Source of the DNA: an uncultured bacterium
Lineage (GTDB): Bacteria > Zixibacteria > MSB-5A5 > CAIYYT01
Assembly (NCBI GenBank): GCA_963726455.1
Contig: CAVSCK010000004.1
Location: forward strand, 1,312,001-1,376,000
Length of the DNA stretch: 64,000 nucleotides
Direction of reading: 5' to 3'
In this document: positions 60,001 to 64,000 of the stretch, piece after piece
How positions within the stretch are numbered: position 1 is the first letter of the stretch
Layout of the letters: the number at the start of each line of letters is the position of its first letter
The notes under the pieces: generated by a model
Seen by the model: the letters and a program-made list of their open reading frames with translations, nothing else
Databases searched by the model: none
What the model was told of the DNA's origin: nothing
Translations under genes and position numbers: made by a program

Positions 60001-63000
60001 TGGCAACTTGTCGACCTGCCAGTTGTTCAGCGGGCCGGGAACCTACAACGGCACCGCGATTGTGTTCACGCCGACGGGATCAGGTACATACACGTTCATA
60101 TTGAAAGCGACCGATGCTTGCGGCGCGACTGATTATGACACTTCAGTTGCTAATGTGACTTTGAATCAGGCACCAATTGCGAATGCGGGCAGAGATACCA
60201 CACTGTCACAGTGCACACCGGCGGCAATTAGTATCGCTGCCAATTGTTCTGATCCCGATGGCAACCTGTCGACCTGCCAGTTGACTAGCGGTTTCGGGAC
60301 ATATAATGGTACCGCGATTGTGTTCACGCCGACGGGATCAGGTACATACACGTTCATCTTGAAAGCTACTGATGCTTGCGGCGCGACTGATTATGATACT
60401 TCAGTTGCTAATGTGACCTTGAATCAAGCACCAGTTGCGAATGCGGGCAGAGATACCACGCTGTCACAGTGCACACCGGCTGCGATCAGTATTGCCGCCA
60501 ACTGCTCTGATCCTGATGGCAACCTGTCGACCTGCCAGTTGACCAGCGGACCGGGAACCTATAATGGTACCGCAATCGTGTTCACGCCGACTGGTTCAGG
60601 TACCTACACGTTCATCTTGAAAGCTACCGATGCTTGCGGCGCAACAGACTATGATACTTCGGTTGCTTACGTAACTCTTGAATCAAGCGCCTGTCGCCAA
60701 TGCGGGCAGAGACACGACACTGTCACAGTGCACACCGGCTGCAATTAGTATCGCCGCGAACTGCTCTGATCCTGATGGCAATTTGTCCACCTGCCAGTTG
60801 ACCAGCGGACTTGGAACTTACAATGGTACTGCGATTGTGTTCACGCCGACTGGTTCTGGCACTTACACATTCATCCTGAAAGCTACCGATGCTTGCGGCG
60901 CGACAGACTATGATACTTCGGTTGCTAACGTGACCTGAATCAAGCGCCGGTTGCCAATGCGGGCAGAGACACGACGCTGTCACAGTGCACCCCGGCTGCA
61001 ATCAGTATTGCGGCGAACTGCTCTGATCCTGATGGCAACCTGTCGACCTGCCAGTTGACCAGCGGACTTGGAACTTACAATGGTACCGCGATTGTGTTCA
61101 CGCCGACTGGAAGTGGCACTTACACGTTCATCTTGAAAGCTACTGATGCCTGCGGCGCGACAGACTATGATACCTCGGTTGCTCATGTGACGCTCAATCA
61201 AGCTCCGGTTGCGAATGCGGGCAGAGACACGACACTGTCACAGTGCACACCGGCTGCAATTAGTATCGCCGCGAACTGCTCTGATCCTGATGGCAACTTG
61301 TCCACCTGCCAGTTGACCAGCGGACTTGGAACTTACAATGGTACTGCGATTGTGTTCACGCCGACTGGTTCAGGCACATACACGTTCATCCTGAAAGCGA
61401 CCGATGCTTGCGGCGCGACAGATTATGACACTTCAGTTGCTAATGTGACTTTGAATCAGGCACCGGTTGCCAATGCGGGACGTGACACGACACTGTCACA
61501 GTGCACACCGGCTGCAATTAGTATCGCCGCGAACTGCTCTGATCCGGATGGCAACCTGTCGACCTGCCAGTTGACCAGCGGACCAGGAACATATAATGGT
61601 ACCGCAATTGTGTTCACGCCGACTGGTTCGGGCACATACACATTCATCCTGAAAGCCACTGATGCGTGTGGTGAGACGGACTACGATACTTCGATTGCCC
61701 ATGTGACTATCAATCAGGCGCCCGTAGCGAATGCCGGCGCCGACCAGAATTTGACCTGCCAGGCGCTGGGACAGCAGATTTGCTGGACCGCCGGCTGCAG
61801 CGATCCGGACAACGACCTGGCGACCTGTCAACTGGTGTCAGGTACGGGAACCTACAGCGGTGGCCAGATTTGCTTCAACCCAACAGCGAGCGGCTCCTAT
61901 CAGTTCGTGCTGAAGGCAACTGACGCTTGCGGCGCTACTGACTATGACACCGCGGTGGTGAACGTGCGGATTAACGTGGCGCCTACGCTTAATGTGGCGG
62001 CGAGCGATACCACCATCTTCTGTCAGCAATCAGGGGTAGGCCAGGTTTGTGTGGCATTCAACTATTCGGACGCCGACGTGAATCTCAAGCAAATCACGGC
62101 CTCCGGTTCGCCGACGCCGACACTCAGCTATGGCGGTGGCAACGGCACAATCTGCTTCAATCCAACAGCCGGCGGGAACTTCTCGTTTACGCTAACGGCT
62201 TTGGATAGCTGCGGTCTGCAGACCCAGGTGTCGCATAATCATTTCGTTACGCTGGTGGACTGCGACACTATCAGCCGGTTTGCGGTGAAAGTACAGAAGA
62301 CGCACAATTCACTGCAAGGTCAATACGAGTTTGTCAGTGTAACGATTACCGGCGACGGCGCCGACTTTGGCGGCTTTGACTTCCTGTTGTCCTATGATGC
62401 ATCGGCGCTGACGGCGATGGAAGTACAGCCGGGACAGATGCTGACTTCCTGCGACTGGGAATACTTCACCTATCGTTTTGGCGCCAACGGCAATTGCGGC
62501 GGACCATGCCCATCCGGACTGCTCCGAATTGTCTCGATCGCGGATGTGAACAACGGAGCCCACCATCCGAGCTGTTACGGCCCGGCGATACCGTCATCGA
62601 GCGAACTGTTCAAGGTTAAGTTCTTTGTGACCAACGACCGCACCTTCGATTGTCAATATGCGCCGGTCAAATTCTTCTGGATGGATTGCGGCGACAACAG
62701 TATTTCCAGTGTCACCGGCGATACTCTCTTTGTCGACAAGCGCATCTATTTGTTCGAAGGCCAGACGATCTGGGACGAACTTGACGATGCCCAGTATCCT
62801 GACGGCATCCGCCCGAACGGCATGGGCGCTCCGGATGAATGCATGCTCGGCGACAAGTATCATCCGAGCCGGAGCATCGAATTCCGGTATGGCGGTGTCG
62901 ATATCGTCTGCGCCGACTCAATCGACGCACGCGGTGATCTCAACCTGAACGGAATTGCCAACGAGATTTCCGACGCGGTGCTTTACACCAATTACTTCCT

Positions 63001-63751
63001 GTATGGCATATCCGCGTTCTACGTGGCGCCGCGACAGGAAGCTCAGGTGGCAGCATCCGATGTCAACGCCGACGGCCGGCCGCTGACGGTTGGAGATTTG
63101 GTTTTCCTGATCAGAATCATCACCGGTGATGCTCTGCCGATCGCCAAGCTGGCGCCATTCGCCCAGGAAGTGGTCGTGCATTACGACGGCAATTCTCTGA
63201 GCACCGAGTCGAGCACCAATATCGGCGCGATGCTGCTGACCTTCAGAACGAATGGAGAATGCAGCTTCAACAACCTGACGGATCTGACGCTGAAGCAGAC
63301 ATCTGCCGACGGTGAATTGAAGGTGTTGGTCTACGACATTTCCGCCAAGTCGATTGCAGCCGGATTAAGCCATGTCCTGCGGGTTGACGGCGACGCGGTA
63401 CTGGAATCGGTTGAGATAGCTGATTACCAGGGCAACCTGATGCTGGCGAAGATTGACAAATCCGCGGTGCCGACTGAGTTTGCTCTTGGCCAGAACTATC
63501 CGAATCCATTTAATCCCGAGACGGTGATCGAATTCGCGTTGCCGACGGCCAGTGAGATGTCGCTTACCGTATATAATATTGCCGGCCAGACCGTCGCGAC
63601 GATCATCAACGGCACCGTGCCGGCTGGTTATCATCAGGTCAGATGGAACGGCAAAGACGACAACGGCACCAATGCTTCTTCGGGAATTTACTTCTACAAG
63701 ATCGTTTCGAAGGACTTCTCCGAGACGCGCAAGATGTTGTTGATTAAGTAG
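57071..63751 (+). CDS. Giant secreted repeat protein (~2,226 aa): N-domain, 16 Ig/PKD-like repeats, cohesin-like, dockerin-like and T9SS/FlgD-like CTD; compensating +1 (60678) and -1 (60936) indels
   Basis: ORFs 57071, 60678 and 61055 continue the same repeat, and the first and last share a frame. Motifs APVANAG, GTYTFILKATD, GGFDFLLSYD, RGDLNLNG...ISDAV, SDVNADG...VGDLV, QNYPNPFNP...RKMLLIK. Confidence 0.88.
57848..61978 (+). repeat. Intragenic tandem array of 16 units of ~258 bp (86 aa)
   Basis: Units start at 57848, 58106, 58364 ... 61460 and 61718. The inner 14 are nearly identical in protein; the first and last diverge. Confidence 0.95.
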
Positions 63752-63782
63752 CATCGCGACTGCAACAGCATCGTAGAGATAG

Positions 63783-63820
63783 AAACAAAACCCCGCTCAC
63801 TTTGAGCGGGGTTTTGTTTT
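63783..63820. terminator. Bidirectional intrinsic terminator
   Basis: aaacaaaaccccgctca-ctt-tgagcggggttttgttt between convergent genes. Confidence 0.9.
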
Positions 63821-63843
63821 GCAGTCTTGTGTGGAAGGATAAA

Positions 63844-64000
63844 CTAAGCCGTGTTGTTCGCCAGATATTGTACTGCCAGCAGATAGCTCCAGACTCCGAA
63901 TCCACTGATTACACCGACCGCTCCGCGCGCCGTGATCATGGTGTGCCGGAACTCCTCGCGACGATAGACATTCGACAGATGAACTTCGACCGCTTTCACT
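63844..64000 (-). CDS. aroQ: Type II 3-dehydroquinate dehydratase, C-terminal part
   Basis: Manual translation [51 protein letters not shown]. Confidence 0.93.
   Translation of the reverse strand, partial: VKAVEVHLSNVYRREEFRHTMITARGAVGVISGFGVWSYLLAVQYLANNTA

Noticed and set aside
60678-60938. Programmed frameshifting or phase variation in the giant gene
   Set aside because: No slippery heptamer or long homopolymer; +1 and -1 indels at the same repeat position look like mis-polishing between repeat variants.
57848-61978. Tandem array as a CRISPR array or a diversity-generating retroelement target
   Set aside because: Units are in-frame 258-bp coding repeats without spacers; no cas or reverse transcriptase gene; variation is not adenine-specific.

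Overview
Gene-dense bacterial window with no CRISPR array, rRNA, tRNA, integrase or transposase. Secreted proteins ending in a QNYPNPFNP...RKMLL.K C-terminal domain, plus Cys-flanked dockerin-like modules, suggest an FCB-related lineage, most like Zixibacteria (inference). Housekeeping and metabolic genes include acs, lpdA, an acyl-CoA dehydrogenase, partial aroQ, msrBA, an RND pump, and a sugar ABC transporter with a GH38 mannosidase. Most notable: (1) a ~2,226-aa secreted protein with 16 tandem ~86-aa Ig/PKD-like repeats followed by a cohesin-like and a dockerin-like module, near a separate dockerin-bearing BNR-repeat protein, a possible non-cellulosomal cohesin-dockerin surface system; (2) a DsrC + one-heme NarI-like + HdrD/DsrK-like operon without dsrAB in the window, convergent on a cysteine desulfurase; (3) an ApbE-DUF3570-DUF4266-TlpA cluster with a flavinylation motif in DUF3570 and an upstream diheme cytochrome c; (4) an intergenic locus at 45.4-45.9 kb with an IHF site, a sigma54 promoter, a ~95-nt transcript and a terminator, plus a second, partly complementary candidate small RNA; (5) an AbiC-like defence gene between two REP-like direct repeats. 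Five single-base frameshifts look like assembly errors. All family assignments are by motif recognition; no searches were run.
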